The position numbers and the translations under genes are program-made. From positions 1-64,000 of IMG/VR virus record IMGVR_UViG_3300012936_003649: a stretch of 64,000 nt of DNA. One strand, given 5' to 3'. This stretch comes from a virus. The notes below the pieces were generated by a model. The model had not been told where the DNA came from. It ran no database searches and saw nothing but the letters and a program-made list of their open reading frames with translations. Of the stretch, positions 13,101 through 21,673 are shown in pieces; within the stretch, counting starts at the first letter, position 1, and each line of letters opens with the position of its first letter.

Positions 13101-16100
13101 CAAGGCAAAGTTTATGTTTATACACTTACAAACGGCAAGTTTGAATTATCACAAGAAATTTTTAGTCCTAATGGTGAACAAGCAGAACAGTTTGGTGCAT
13201 ACTTAGATTTTGATGGCAATCAATTATCAGTTACATCATTAAATGGTGATATAGAAATTCCAACAACATTTGATAATAACACTACAGTATTTGATGATGA
13301 ATTTACAAAATTTAAAAGAATGGATATGGATAGCGGTGCTATCTTTATGTACGAACGTATTAATAAGTCTTTAATATTTGCACAAGAATTTATTATTGAC
13401 GAACCTTTAGCAGTTAATTTTGGTAAAAATGTAGTAATGAAAAACAATCATGTCTATTCAGCAATGCCTGAAGTAACTGATGCAACTACTTTCCAAGGTA
13501 TGATTATTGACTTTAGAAAAACTATTGGACAAAAAGCCTGGAAAGTACATAGAAGTCCTTTAGATCAAGTAGATATTCATAAAATTAAAGGCGCATTTTT
13601 GTACAACACTGAAACAAACACTTTAATTGAAGATTTAGATTATATTGATCCTGTACAAGGAAAAGTTGCAGGTCCTGCAGAGCAAGAGTTGTCTTATAAA
13701 ACATATTATGATCCTGCGTCATATAGTATAGGCAACGATACTGTTGTAATAGATGAAGACAATGCATGGGGTGCAGAACATGTAGGCAAGTTATGGTGGG
13801 ATTTAAATGCAGTAAAATTTTACAATTATCAGCAAAATAGTATTACCTACCAAACAAATTACTGGGGAGAAGTTTTTCCAGGAACCAGTGTAGAAGTATA
13901 TGAGTGGGTAGAGACTGATTTATTACCTAGTGAATGGGATAACCTAGCAGATAGCGAAAGCGGAATTGCTTCTGGTGTAAGTGGATTAAGTAGATATGGT
14001 GACGGAGTATATTCTCAAAGGCTTAAATGGGATCCAATAGCAAAAACAAGCAAAGCAAAATACTATTATTGGGTAGCAAACAAGAGAATAGTTCCTGCAA
14101 CTGCAAATAGAAAAATCACAGCATATGATGTCAAACGTATGATTGAAGATCCTGTAGGACAAGGACACAGGTTTGTTGGGTTAATGGCTAAAGATAGGTT
14201 TGTATTATTCAACTGTGAACCTTTATTGAGTGGTAACAATGTTGCATTCAATTTACGATATTATACTTTAGATAATGTAGATCAAAATATTCACAATGAA
14301 TATCAAATGCTAACACAAGGTATTGGAACAAGTAAACCAACAAGAGATATTGAGAAAAAATGGTTTGATAGTTTGATCGGATACGACAGTCAATTTAGAC
14401 TTGTACCAGATCCTAAACTTAGTGCAAAAGCAAAATACGGAATAAACAATAATCCGAGACAATCTATGTTTATTAATAAGGCTGAAGCGTTCAAACAAGT
14501 TATTGAAAGAGCAAATGACGTATTAATAAAGAATATTATTGTTGACGAATTTGATATTAGCGATTTAACAAAAAGCGATCCTGCACCTCTAGCAAGTTCA
14601 CGTAGATACGATGTGAAAATTGATTCTTTTGAAGATTTAGCATTTGTAGGTGTAGCAAAGAGGGAAGGAGCAGTTCTTACTGCTACAGTAATTGATGGTA
14701 AAATTACAAGTGTTGATATTAACAAATCAGGCAGAGGTTATGTCGACCCTACATATGTTTCAACAGTTGGCGGAACAAGAATCGGACCACAAATACAAAT
14801 AGACGGTATAGGTAGAGATGCAGTTCTTGAGTCTGAAATAAATGAATTAGGACAAATTACAAAAGTTAATATTGTTGATCCTGGTATAGGATATGATAGT
14901 AACACTACATTGACAGTAAGAAACTTTACTGTATTAGTAAGCAGTGATTCAAATGTTGCAAATAAATGGTCGTTATACAATTATAATGGCACAAAGTGGA
15001 ACAGAACAGTAAGTCAACGTTTTGACACAAATCTATACTGGAACTATGCAGATTGGTATGCACCAGGATACAGTGCATTTACAGAAATTAATAGTTTAAT
15101 AGATTTTAGTTATCAATTATCTGCATTAGAAAATGATGTAGGACAAACTGTAAAAATTGCTTCAATTGGATCTGGCGGATGGTTATTGTTAGAAAAAATT
15201 GCTAATTTGGAAACTGAAGATTACACACAAAATTATAAAGTTATAGGTAAACAAAATGCAACAATACAATTCAGTAATAAATTGTACAACACAAGCATCA
15301 ATAGAACAGGATTTGATACTGATACATTTGATACTACTTTTTATGATAGTCAACCTGTAACAGAATCTAGAGTTGTCCTAGAAACTTTAAGAGATAATAT
15401 TTTTGTTGATGACTTAGAATCTCATTACAACGAATTGTTTATCGCTAGTATACGTTATGCTTTTAGTGAACAACCTAATATTGATTGGGCATTTAAAACA
15501 TCTTTTATAAAAGCACAACACAATGTAGGTGAACTTGCACAAAAAGTAACTTTTAAAAATGACAATATTGATAATTATCAAGATTATATAAATGAAGTAA
15601 AACCTTTCAAAACAAAAATTAGAGAATACGTTTCTAATTATGAAAAAATCGATCCTACTAATAGCGTAGTTACTGACTTTGATTTACCTCCAAGATATAA
15701 TTTTGGACAAAAGAGAATATCAAGCAGTACAGCAAAAGTAAGAAACAACTTAATTTCAAGTGCGCCTAAAACAACAGAACAATATCCTGATAAGCATTGG
15801 TTAGAAAATAGTGGATATGAAATTACAGAAATTAGTGTAGGAAATACTGGCTCGAAATATACCTTACCTCCAATAGTAAGTATTGAAGGCGGCGGCGGTA
15901 GCGGAGCAAAAGCACAAGCATATTTAAATGGTGGTAAAGTTTCTAAAATTGAAGTTACTGCTACAGGCAATGGATATTTAAAAGCACCGGATGTTATTTT
16001 AAATGGAAGTGTTGAAGATGGCGGAACAAAAGCAACTGCAAGAGCAGTCCTAGGTAATGGTAAAGTTAGAGGCACACATGTAATATCTAGGTTTGATAGG

Positions 16101-19016
16101 ATAAGTGGCAACCCTTATTATTTAGAAGTTGCAAGATCCGAAACATTTACTGGAGACAGTGCAACATCAGTATACAACTTATTATGGCCAATGAACCTAA
16201 ATGGTGCAAAAGTAAAAATATACATAGACGGAGTTGAATTACTGAAAAGTGAGTACACATATACAAATTACGAAGATAATACTAAAGGATATACTAGAAA
16301 ACAAGGTAGAATATCATTTACTTTACCGCCAGCAACAGGAAAAGCAATTAAAATAGATTATGAATTAGCACCAGACTTACTTACTGCTCAAGATAGAGTG
16401 CAAAGTTATTATCAACCAATAGACGGTATGATTGGTAAAGATATTTCACAACTTATGATGGGCGTTGATTTTGGTGGAGTAGAAGTTAAAAGTTTTGATT
16501 TCACTGGTTCAGGAGGTTTTGAAACAAAAGGTTTTGGAATTGAAGCATATGATGTTTATGATAATACATTTGAAGATATTATTTTTTACTTAGACGGATC
16601 TACAGCAATTCTTACTTTTGCTAAACCTTTGGAAGATGGTGTTGTATATAATGTATATAAAAATAACACAAGATTAGATGATACTAATTTTCCTAGCAAT
16701 CCTACTAACCCTAATGCTGTAATGCCTAGCATTATAGGTGATGGGTTAATTACAGAAATTAATATACAAAACTTTGGAATAACATCTAAAGATGATGATA
16801 TATTCATTATAAGAAAAAGCACAAGTGATGGAAGTTTCAAACCTGATCCTGCAAGTTATGATACTCAACTTTCAGGCGGATCATTAAGTTACAGCAACGC
16901 TAAAGGTATAGATGCAAGTGATATAATTGTTGACGGTGACGGATTTATAACACCAATGACAACAACAGGACCAGAGGAACTAGTGCCAGGAAAAATTTCT
17001 GACACAGTTGATATCCAAGTGTACCATAGACCAGATGATGGAACAAGTAATGTCCAAACACAATTTTTCCAAACAGATGGAGTCACACAAACTTATAATA
17101 TAGGTATACACCCGCATAATAGTGAAGCAGTTTTTGTTACATTAGATAATGTAAGAGTCGCTAATACAGATTACACAATCAATTATGTAAATGACACAAT
17201 TACTTTTACAACTGCACCAGTAACAGGAAAAGTATTAAGTATTGTTTGCTTAGGAATAAGTGGACAGAAAATTTTAGATATTAACAAATTTGTTGCAGAT
17301 GGCAGTACAAATACATACACAACAAACATAAAATATCAAACAGGTGTAAGTCATTATGTAACAATTAACGGTGAGTCAATTACTTCTAGATTATCACAAG
17401 ATGCAAATAAAAACTTTGTAATTACATTTGATACAGCACCGCAATCAGGACAAGTTGTAGATTATGGATTATTTTATACAACTGCTAAGAACTTTAGTGC
17501 AACTACTGTTCAGACTCTTGTAGGAGATGGATCAACAACAATATTTGATGTAAACCCTGCACTTGTAGGAGGCTTGCCTACTGCACAAAACGCTATAGTT
17601 GAAGTTAACAATAGTATACTTGATGCAGGTTACAATACTGAATTTACAATTACAAATGCAAATACTAGAGAGTATCAGATACAAGAATGGCAGTTTTTCA
17701 GTAATAGCGTAAGAGGCGAAGATATAGAAGTTTATTTAAATGATGAATTGCTTGTAAAGAACATTCAATACAGATGGGACAGTTCAAACAATAGTGTAAA
17801 ACTTTCAGCAGGAGTTGGAGCAGTTAATGATAAGTTAGATGTATTTTTTAGCGTGGACGGAACTTATGCGTTTGGATATGTTGGTGTTGGTGCAGATAGT
17901 ACAACTAGATTTTTACAAGACAGAAGCAAAATTTATTTTGATACAGCCCCAGGATTAGGTGAGTCAATTAGAATTACATCATTTAGTAATCACGACTTGC
18001 AAGACTTTGAGCGTATTAAATATGATCTAGTAAGTAGAGTGGCACTTGTTCCTGGTACTACAAACTTCAAAGAATATATTAATTTAAGTAACGGACTTGT
18101 AAAACTAAGAAATCCATCGCAAGATTCAGAGTATGTATGGGTAATTGTAAATGGTGTTAGATTAGCACCAAATGTTGATTATTATGTGCCTGAAGATAAG
18201 CAACACGTAAAAATATTGCAAAAATTGAATAAAAATGATCAAATAGAGATTATACAGTTTGGTGAAGAGCAACTTACACATAGATTCGGATTTAGACAGT
18301 TCAAAGATATATTGAACCGGGTTCACTACAAGAGATTGGATGATAGTAATAAGTACAAACTAGCACAAGACTTGAATTGGTGGGATACTAGAATTGAAAT
18401 AGTAGACGCTTCAAAATTACCTGAGCCAGGTAAAAAGAAACAAATTCCAGGCGTTGTGTTTATTAACGGTGAAAGAATTGAGTATTACGTGAAGCAAGGT
18501 AATAGTTTACGTCAAATTAGAAGAGGTACATTAGGTACAGGTGTAAACACATTTATTGCTTCAGGAACTTCTGTAATTGATCAAAGTCCGGGCGAAAATA
18601 TGCCTTATAAAGATCAAACACTTACACAAGTGTTTACAGCAGATGGTACAACAGCATCATATGATTTAGACTTTACTCCTACTAAGGGCGTTGATGAGTT
18701 TGAAGTATTTGTTGCTGGAAAAAGACTTCGTAAAAATGCGATAAGTAGTTATCAAGTAGACACTAAAGATAGTGCAGGAAACTTTGTAACTAGGTTTATT
18801 GCACAAGATAGTGCCGAAGGTGATATAACATTGCCAGTGGAATTCACTTTGAGTGGTAGTACATTGAATTTAGCAGTAACACCTGAGCAAGATCAGAAGG
18901 TTACGGTGGTTCGAAGAGTGGGTCAAACATGGTCAAATGCAGGAGAAAGCCTAGTTGATGCAGAAAATGACGTTGCACAGTTTCTTAAGGCAAGAACAAC
19001 GGAATTACCTAAATAA
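4155..19016 (+). CDS. Giant modular virion structural protein (baseplate wedge/tail-associated, 4953 aa)
   Basis: Uninterrupted 14.9-kb ORF between baseplate and fibre genes; FG-GAP-like propeller blades (FGESVALSPDGKFLAVGSP, FGDSVSVSADGEMIAVGEP), CBM5/12-like aromatic modules (WQAYKDYAIGDTIRYKEFFYTA), GKITSVDINKSGRGY-type repeats, C-terminal FxxDGxTxxY repeats. Confidence 0.8.
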   Translation: MAYDDNQNESPLPVEGKKKNFRSNELLPKYFRTSKNNKFLDATLDQVLQPGTAQKLNGYYGRKTAKSYRNNDNYIGDISVNREAYQLEPAVISKDSYDNVTFYKDYNDYINQIKAFGGNVDNHDLLNGAEYYSWNPNIDWDKLTNFREYYWLPTGPVAINVAGQSTDVTSTYSITSIDNGNNLAYVVNGNLTQNPTIELYKGQTYTFDISATDMPFTIRTERSLDADTIYENGVTNNNIESGILTFTVPLNAPTRLYYQNSNNINSGGIIRIAEVDEATAINVETEILGKKDYTTSKGVELLNGMKLNFVGQVTPEKYATGNWIVEGVGEQINLVNTDDLVIALSYAQDLPIEYDKDSFDSLPFGNASSYSATKDYIVVNRNSPDKNAWARNNKWYHRSVIEKSAEINGQATNIDQAQRAKRPIIEFVSGLKLFNFGTEKKNDVDLVDTVTKDIFSSIEGTVGYNIDGIDVTDGMRILFTAEQDIRAAGKIYKVKFIEHNSNVPQIALLEDTDATPQTNEVVLVKKGTANAGCHYYYNGTAWKKGQIKNKVNQAPMFDMFDSNGKSFADEATYEATTFVGNKVFSYKEGTGTADTELGFPITYRALTNVGDITFNFDLLTEQFSYQELSEIFNVKTDTGFLKTYTSLNTFSYKSGWQKAKNLSRQKVIRQYDIVGEINQLEIDVYDNAGDLNDLYHCIFLNNKHYFDYTISRQDGKAFIIFNKNLSAGDTVIIKTSSATPKNANGYYEFPINLEHNPNNVNLETFTLGEVNDHVFSMIEDLTNFKGVFPGNSNLGSLGDINTVGKKFVQHSGPINNPLYHITTKDANVIKAIDFAKNEYRTFKRSFLQIAENLGFEGQTKTHVDKILIEALKNKTVNDPYYFSDMVPFLGNKRLEFKVYDTENNFFSLSQVFDKTKLSNKAITIYQNGEQLVHGRDYTFNTDGFAVITATKADGDLIEIYEYESTDGNYVPSTPTKLGLYPAFVPEIITDDSYRTPTKIIIGHDGSRTTAFNDYRDNLLLDLEKRIYNNIKIEYDTDKLDIHDFIPGAYRNTKFNLTNINKVLLSDFVKWSESLGGLDYTSNNFYELTDSFTYNYSYMSGPNGEALTGFWRSVYRHAYDTDTPHTTPWKMLGFSNKPTWWNSVYGPAPYTKDNLILWEDLEAGKVAEPNKAPKFLEKYARPGLTKHIPVDEDGNLLSPLQSKFANEYISSYTKLGFVFGDHAPTENAWRNSSDYAFSVIKSWLLNQPAKVMSMAWDISRISKNLAGQFVYNENKRSISLADLVFTNIYSDTQRVYTSGLVDYIINYTLSNSNISTKDYKEQVTNLKYQLGSKLGAFTDQTKMKLVLDSRTPFNKGNVFLPKENYQIFLNTSSPVDVISYSGVIVEKQSYGFVVRGYDKADPVFKIQKAIPRTNDVATNVGGVSDAFVEWEAEQKYTEDKFVRYLNSFYRVTEDHTSEQNFDATKFRKIPALPIRGGATALFRKNFEENITEVPYGTIYTEIQEVVDFILGYAKQLDTAGFTFDYYNKETSTVEDWKYSAKEFLYWTTQNWAAGTIIALSPSANQIKFTRPYGVVDNLYDNFYDYSLQTSNGQPMGEEFTRLTRDGNTFAVNLANTAEGIYYIQLPIVQVEHVVILDNISDFKDVIYSPASGYRQDRIKVMGYRTANWDGTLNIPGFVFDQAEVKEWQAYKDYAIGDTIRYKEFFYTAKNKIAGGAKFIPADWNRMEGRPETKLYTNFDYRINQFTDFYDLDSDNFDSEQQRLAQHLVGYQKRQYLENIINDDVSQYKFYQGFIADKGSRNSVDKLFDALASADRESVDFYEEWAIKNNQYGSTTNFEEIEWQLDESKFKLSPQPIELVETLPSAPTDLIYRIPNYDVFLKPENYDVNKIPTKFTTEEYVKTVGYVTGEDVSRAVLTKDGILAFSIDDINKNDYVWVATDNQTWNVLQHTETNLKIEKATPVGNEITLDMNFTAREIAVGDIFGITNANTTALTTLDGFYKATKVSGNKVTFESDKSDWLEIDDTVTIKGTVTIFTSQRTKTVDDANTNITANLSSNELVWIDDDDNGKWTVLKNKPVYSEHQKVLSTVNLDSTTHGFGHAISVNDANTKMAVGIPYKGNGEVHIYVRPNDSTNYVLDQIIAAPINVADAYDGSTFSTSMQFGESVALSPDGKFLAVGSPQASNTYSFYQGEYRQGVAYTKQQIVKYGPNLYKAIQNIDPATGAISFSSFDSYIDIVAESDSTLINLLQTADYKINDSFGVSHMLIRAPINAYEGSAVGDEIVLAWNNFSKLNVQGGSTDVQPFDGEFPAITGAFLSDKHEIKYKVDNVLVIENFVNLPAIGDTLSSSVASGEVVYVANDLTTCTVYLSNVNGTFATSGSVFVGTIRIGDYTEDYVNALNNLGGYWWIDTPQYTTSADSTNTFVDPGHGLVYVDLLTAASGRTTPNFYYNITQTRQQAVNDATVSGASLSLMDQASFAQTLTYEGDPLEVFALQSSPLWTIRGPKTFTDTLNNGDKFKMVVDSVSGNTNFTDTAMSTTLFNKEHTVYDLWDGYIDFTFDKFDQANQLPFEPIVGDVVEDTVTGATGVITFYKRQFNSVRIYVKNVTGTWSKGNDYNEDADIFRVRGSIKRNMGRINGVSLEGNRIGKIIVLEEDNNFPDVPISELTDFEYFFFNETTLQGVPREANIPASNNNDWQQVTNIPVSNLNGTQASGLTLEGMFSVYELNEQIQFKVQNHYTVPERKSHAKLGDELQFTQDGNLYRLSVSSKGAGSQYNAGSIHFIKHGTETKNAVLESYNWQLDIDPQFRGDFHSSVFYKQNEIVEYQSRLYKALRNIASGSAFVPADWESVTDGTAHVGFVPTTGTNSIIGEEVFDPEFGVRDFARHFDQSKDGEVLVVSSRIQGNDSTGERVIVVYRRLPEGQMTVSQVIKPPYEDNSSMLPQGVDFDWNSTSSYTGFGDSVSVSADGEMIAVGEPFNDDRKKDQGKVYVYTLTNGKFELSQEIFSPNGEQAEQFGAYLDFDGNQLSVTSLNGDIEIPTTFDNNTTVFDDEFTKFKRMDMDSGAIFMYERINKSLIFAQEFIIDEPLAVNFGKNVVMKNNHVYSAMPEVTDATTFQGMIIDFRKTIGQKAWKVHRSPLDQVDIHKIKGAFLYNTETNTLIEDLDYIDPVQGKVAGPAEQELSYKTYYDPASYSIGNDTVVIDEDNAWGAEHVGKLWWDLNAVKFYNYQQNSITYQTNYWGEVFPGTSVEVYEWVETDLLPSEWDNLADSESGIASGVSGLSRYGDGVYSQRLKWDPIAKTSKAKYYYWVANKRIVPATANRKITAYDVKRMIEDPVGQGHRFVGLMAKDRFVLFNCEPLLSGNNVAFNLRYYTLDNVDQNIHNEYQMLTQGIGTSKPTRDIEKKWFDSLIGYDSQFRLVPDPKLSAKAKYGINNNPRQSMFINKAEAFKQVIERANDVLIKNIIVDEFDISDLTKSDPAPLASSRRYDVKIDSFEDLAFVGVAKREGAVLTATVIDGKITSVDINKSGRGYVDPTYVSTVGGTRIGPQIQIDGIGRDAVLESEINELGQITKVNIVDPGIGYDSNTTLTVRNFTVLVSSDSNVANKWSLYNYNGTKWNRTVSQRFDTNLYWNYADWYAPGYSAFTEINSLIDFSYQLSALENDVGQTVKIASIGSGGWLLLEKIANLETEDYTQNYKVIGKQNATIQFSNKLYNTSINRTGFDTDTFDTTFYDSQPVTESRVVLETLRDNIFVDDLESHYNELFIASIRYAFSEQPNIDWAFKTSFIKAQHNVGELAQKVTFKNDNIDNYQDYINEVKPFKTKIREYVSNYEKIDPTNSVVTDFDLPPRYNFGQKRISSSTAKVRNNLISSAPKTTEQYPDKHWLENSGYEITEISVGNTGSKYTLPPIVSIEGGGGSGAKAQAYLNGGKVSKIEVTATGNGYLKAPDVILNGSVEDGGTKATARAVLGNGKVRGTHVISRFDRISGNPYYLEVARSETFTGDSATSVYNLLWPMNLNGAKVKIYIDGVELLKSEYTYTNYEDNTKGYTRKQGRISFTLPPATGKAIKIDYELAPDLLTAQDRVQSYYQPIDGMIGKDISQLMMGVDFGGVEVKSFDFTGSGGFETKGFGIEAYDVYDNTFEDIIFYLDGSTAILTFAKPLEDGVVYNVYKNNTRLDDTNFPSNPTNPNAVMPSIIGDGLITEINIQNFGITSKDDDIFIIRKSTSDGSFKPDPASYDTQLSGGSLSYSNAKGIDASDIIVDGDGFITPMTTTGPEELVPGKISDTVDIQVYHRPDDGTSNVQTQFFQTDGVTQTYNIGIHPHNSEAVFVTLDNVRVANTDYTINYVNDTITFTTAPVTGKVLSIVCLGISGQKILDINKFVADGSTNTYTTNIKYQTGVSHYVTINGESITSRLSQDANKNFVITFDTAPQSGQVVDYGLFYTTAKNFSATTVQTLVGDGSTTIFDVNPALVGGLPTAQNAIVEVNNSILDAGYNTEFTITNANTREYQIQEWQFFSNSVRGEDIEVYLNDELLVKNIQYRWDSSNNSVKLSAGVGAVNDKLDVFFSVDGTYAFGYVGVGADSTTRFLQDRSKIYFDTAPGLGESIRITSFSNHDLQDFERIKYDLVSRVALVPGTTNFKEYINLSNGLVKLRNPSQDSEYVWVIVNGVRLAPNVDYYVPEDKQHVKILQKLNKNDQIEIIQFGEEQLTHRFGFRQFKDILNRVHYKRLDDSNKYKLAQDLNWWDTRIEIVDASKLPEPGKKKQIPGVVFINGERIEYYVKQGNSLRQIRRGTLGTGVNTFIASGTSVIDQSPGENMPYKDQTLTQVFTADGTTASYDLDFTPTKGVDEFEVFVAGKRLRKNAISSYQVDTKDSAGNFVTRFIAQDSAEGDITLPVEFTLSGSTLNLAVTPEQDQKVTVVRRVGQTWSNAGESLVDAENDVAQFLKARTTELPK

Positions 19017-19019
19017 ATA
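19014..19019 (+). promoter_or_regulatory. Late-promoter-like TAAATA overlapping the stop codon of the giant gene
   Basis: cctaaaTAAATAcag upstream of the 19040 gene. Confidence 0.45.
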
Positions 19020-19039
19020 CAGTAGCAGTGAGAGAAAAC

Positions 19040-19645
19040 ATGACAGACAAATTAAATGATAAAAGCGGAGTAGTAGTTAAAGGACATATCAAAATACACG
19101 ATCCTAAAACTGGTGAAGTGTATGTTGATAAGCGTAATGCTATCCACTATGAAAATATGAGTATTGCTCTTGCAGAAAGCCTTGCAAATCAAGGTCAAGG
19201 CATGATATATGAAATGAGTTTTGGTAACGGAGGAACAAGTGTTGATCCTACAGGAGTAATTACATATCTTACACCTAACTCAACAGGAACAAATGCAAGT
19301 TTGTATAACCAAACATTTACAAAAGTAGTAGATGATAGGAGTACAAGTAATACAGATCCTGTAAGAAATAAAATAGAAACACGTCATGTAAGCGGAACAA
19401 ATTATACAGATATTGTTGTAACTTGTTTATTAGACTATGGTGAACCAGAAGGTCAAGATGCATTTGATACTGCTACAGATACAGAAAACCTTTATGTGTT
19501 TGATGAATTAGGACTTAAAAGTTATAGTCCATCAGGTGAAGGTAGATTAATTACACATGTTATTTTCCACCCTGTACAAAAAAGTTTAAACAGATTAGTT
19601 CAAATTGATTATACAGTGCGTGTACAAAGTTTGTCAGGAGTATAA
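19040..19645 (+). CDS. Baseplate/tail-fibre-associated structural protein
   Basis: ATG at 19040 preferred to GTG 19028; VKGHIKIHD...KRNAIHYENMS...FGNGGT...FDELGL...LITHVIFHPVQKSLNR pattern typical of jumbo-phage baseplate-fibre junction proteins. Confidence 0.65.
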   Translation: MTDKLNDKSGVVVKGHIKIHDPKTGEVYVDKRNAIHYENMSIALAESLANQGQGMIYEMSFGNGGTSVDPTGVITYLTPNSTGTNASLYNQTFTKVVDDRSTSNTDPVRNKIETRHVSGTNYTDIVVTCLLDYGEPEGQDAFDTATDTENLYVFDELGLKSYSPSGEGRLITHVIFHPVQKSLNRLVQIDYTVRVQSLSGV

Positions 19646-19648
19646 TAG

Positions 19649-21673
19649 ATGCCTTATACAATTAATTTCACTGACGTAACAAACAAAGGTAGCATAACCG
19701 TTGAAGACAATGATATCAACGTAACAACTAGTTTAAGTTTAGTTGGACGTAATACAACAAGTTATGGTGTTGAATTTAATCAAAACTTTTTAAAACTTTT
19801 AGAAAATTTTGCAAACTCAAGTGCTCCAACAAATCCAGTTGAAGGACAGTTATGGTATGATACAACTGCTGGCGGCGAACAATTAAAAGTTTATGACGGC
19901 ACAACTTGGGTAGCAAGTGGAGGTTTGAAAAAAGCAATTGACGAACCAGGAGCGGCACAATCCGTTACTGGAGATTTATGGGTAGACACAGATAATCAAC
20001 AATTATATCTTTATACAGGTTCAGGCTGGACTCTAATTGGTCCTAATTATGCAGGCGGACTTAATACTGGTGTTAGTCCTGTAAAAATTATTGGACAAGA
20101 CAATATTGAATATTCAGCACTACAAGTTGAAATAAGTGCAAAGCCGGTGGCTATAATAAGTTCAGATACATTTACACCAAGAGCACAAATAAATGGCTTT
20201 GGACAAATTAATCCAGGTGTCAATTTAAGCACAGCAGACATCACAGGAGACGGCGCTCCAAGATTTTATGGACCAGCAGAGCAAGCAGAAAATTTAGTTG
20301 TTGCTGGTACTAAGGTTCCAGCGGCAAATTTTTTACGTGGTGATGTAGTTAGTACAACAACAAACCAATTAAAAGTTAATACAGATGATGGTATTATTTT
20401 AGGAAGTGGTAACCAAGTTGCACTAGGAGTTGAAGGGCAAATTGGTGTTATAAGTCATAACACAAGCGGATCAAGTTTAGATGTTCGTGTAAATGATCAA
20501 GGTACAACAAAAACAGTAATGCGTGTTGACTCTACAACGAATATTGGTATTAATAATACGGCTCCAAGTGAAGCATTAGATGTAACAGGAAATATAAAAG
20601 TAAGTCAAGGTATAACTATTGATGGAACAACAGCAAGTTCAAACTTTGGAACAGGTAGTTTAATTGTAAAAGGTGGCGCTGGTTTTGCAGGAGATGTTAA
20701 TATTGGCGGTACTATAAATGTAATAGGCGATACAGAAACAAGAAATGTTATTCCAGATGTAACAAATTCACGTAACATAGGTTCCTTAGCAAACAAATAT
20801 GCAGGAATATATGCAACTAATTTTTTCGGAAATGTTACAGGTAACGTTACAGGGCAAGTAAGTGGTAGAGCAGGAAGTGCAGACAAAATATCTAGTGCTA
20901 CAAACTTTACAATGGCAGGAGAAGTAAGTGCGCCTACTATTATCTTTGACGGGCAAACAGGCGGAACTACAAAAACATTTCAAACTACCGTTGCAAATAG
21001 TTTTATCAGTAATAAAACTTATACAAATGCCGCTGACGCTAGTGATGAATTTTTATTAAACAGAGTTCAAGGACAAGTTGGCTTATACAGGATTAGTAGA
21101 AGAGATTTACTGTCAACAGTTCCAGTTAATCCTCCAGGAGTAATGATGCCTTATGCAGGTACTACTGCTCCTAGTTTTTGGTTATTGTGTTACGGACAAG
21201 AAGTATTACAAGCAGATTATCCTGAGTTATTCGATGTAATTGGATTTACTTATAAGCAGTCGGGATTACTGAGTGATCTTGGAGTAGCAAAATTTGCTTT
21301 ACCTGATATGCGTGGTAGAACTGTAATGGGACTTGATGATATGGGCGGAACCGGTGCAGGAAGAGTTACAGGCTTACAAGGTAGTGAGTTAGGTAATAGC
21401 GGCGGTCAAGAAACAGTAACTATACAAAATGTTAATTTACCTGATCACGAGCACGATTTAGTTGTTGAAGGCACACAGTTTTATGCAATACTAGATGCAC
21501 AAAAAGGTGTAAACAGTCCTGCGTCATCAATAATTTTTGATGCACCAACAGGACAAAATGCAGGGCAGGCTGTAACAACAAGTGGCGGAGTTTCTGGAAC
21601 CACAGGGCAGGCTATGGAAACACTAAGTCCGTTTATGTCCTTAAATTATATAATTTACACAGGGAAAGTTTAA
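19649..21673 (+). CDS. Tail fibre protein with C-terminal tail-collar domain
   Basis: 674 aa; collar motif PPGVMMPYAGTTAPSFWLLCYGQEV...YPELFDVIG...FALPDMRGRTVMG, ends PFMSLNYIIYTG; N-terminus shared with next two genes. Confidence 0.85.
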   Translation: MPYTINFTDVTNKGSITVEDNDINVTTSLSLVGRNTTSYGVEFNQNFLKLLENFANSSAPTNPVEGQLWYDTTAGGEQLKVYDGTTWVASGGLKKAIDEPGAAQSVTGDLWVDTDNQQLYLYTGSGWTLIGPNYAGGLNTGVSPVKIIGQDNIEYSALQVEISAKPVAIISSDTFTPRAQINGFGQINPGVNLSTADITGDGAPRFYGPAEQAENLVVAGTKVPAANFLRGDVVSTTTNQLKVNTDDGIILGSGNQVALGVEGQIGVISHNTSGSSLDVRVNDQGTTKTVMRVDSTTNIGINNTAPSEALDVTGNIKVSQGITIDGTTASSNFGTGSLIVKGGAGFAGDVNIGGTINVIGDTETRNVIPDVTNSRNIGSLANKYAGIYATNFFGNVTGNVTGQVSGRAGSADKISSATNFTMAGEVSAPTIIFDGQTGGTTKTFQTTVANSFISNKTYTNAADASDEFLLNRVQGQVGLYRISRRDLLSTVPVNPPGVMMPYAGTTAPSFWLLCYGQEVLQADYPELFDVIGFTYKQSGLLSDLGVAKFALPDMRGRTVMGLDDMGGTGAGRVTGLQGSELGNSGGQETVTIQNVNLPDHEHDLVVEGTQFYAILDAQKGVNSPASSIIFDAPTGQNAGQAVTTSGGVSGTTGQAMETLSPFMSLNYIIYTGKV

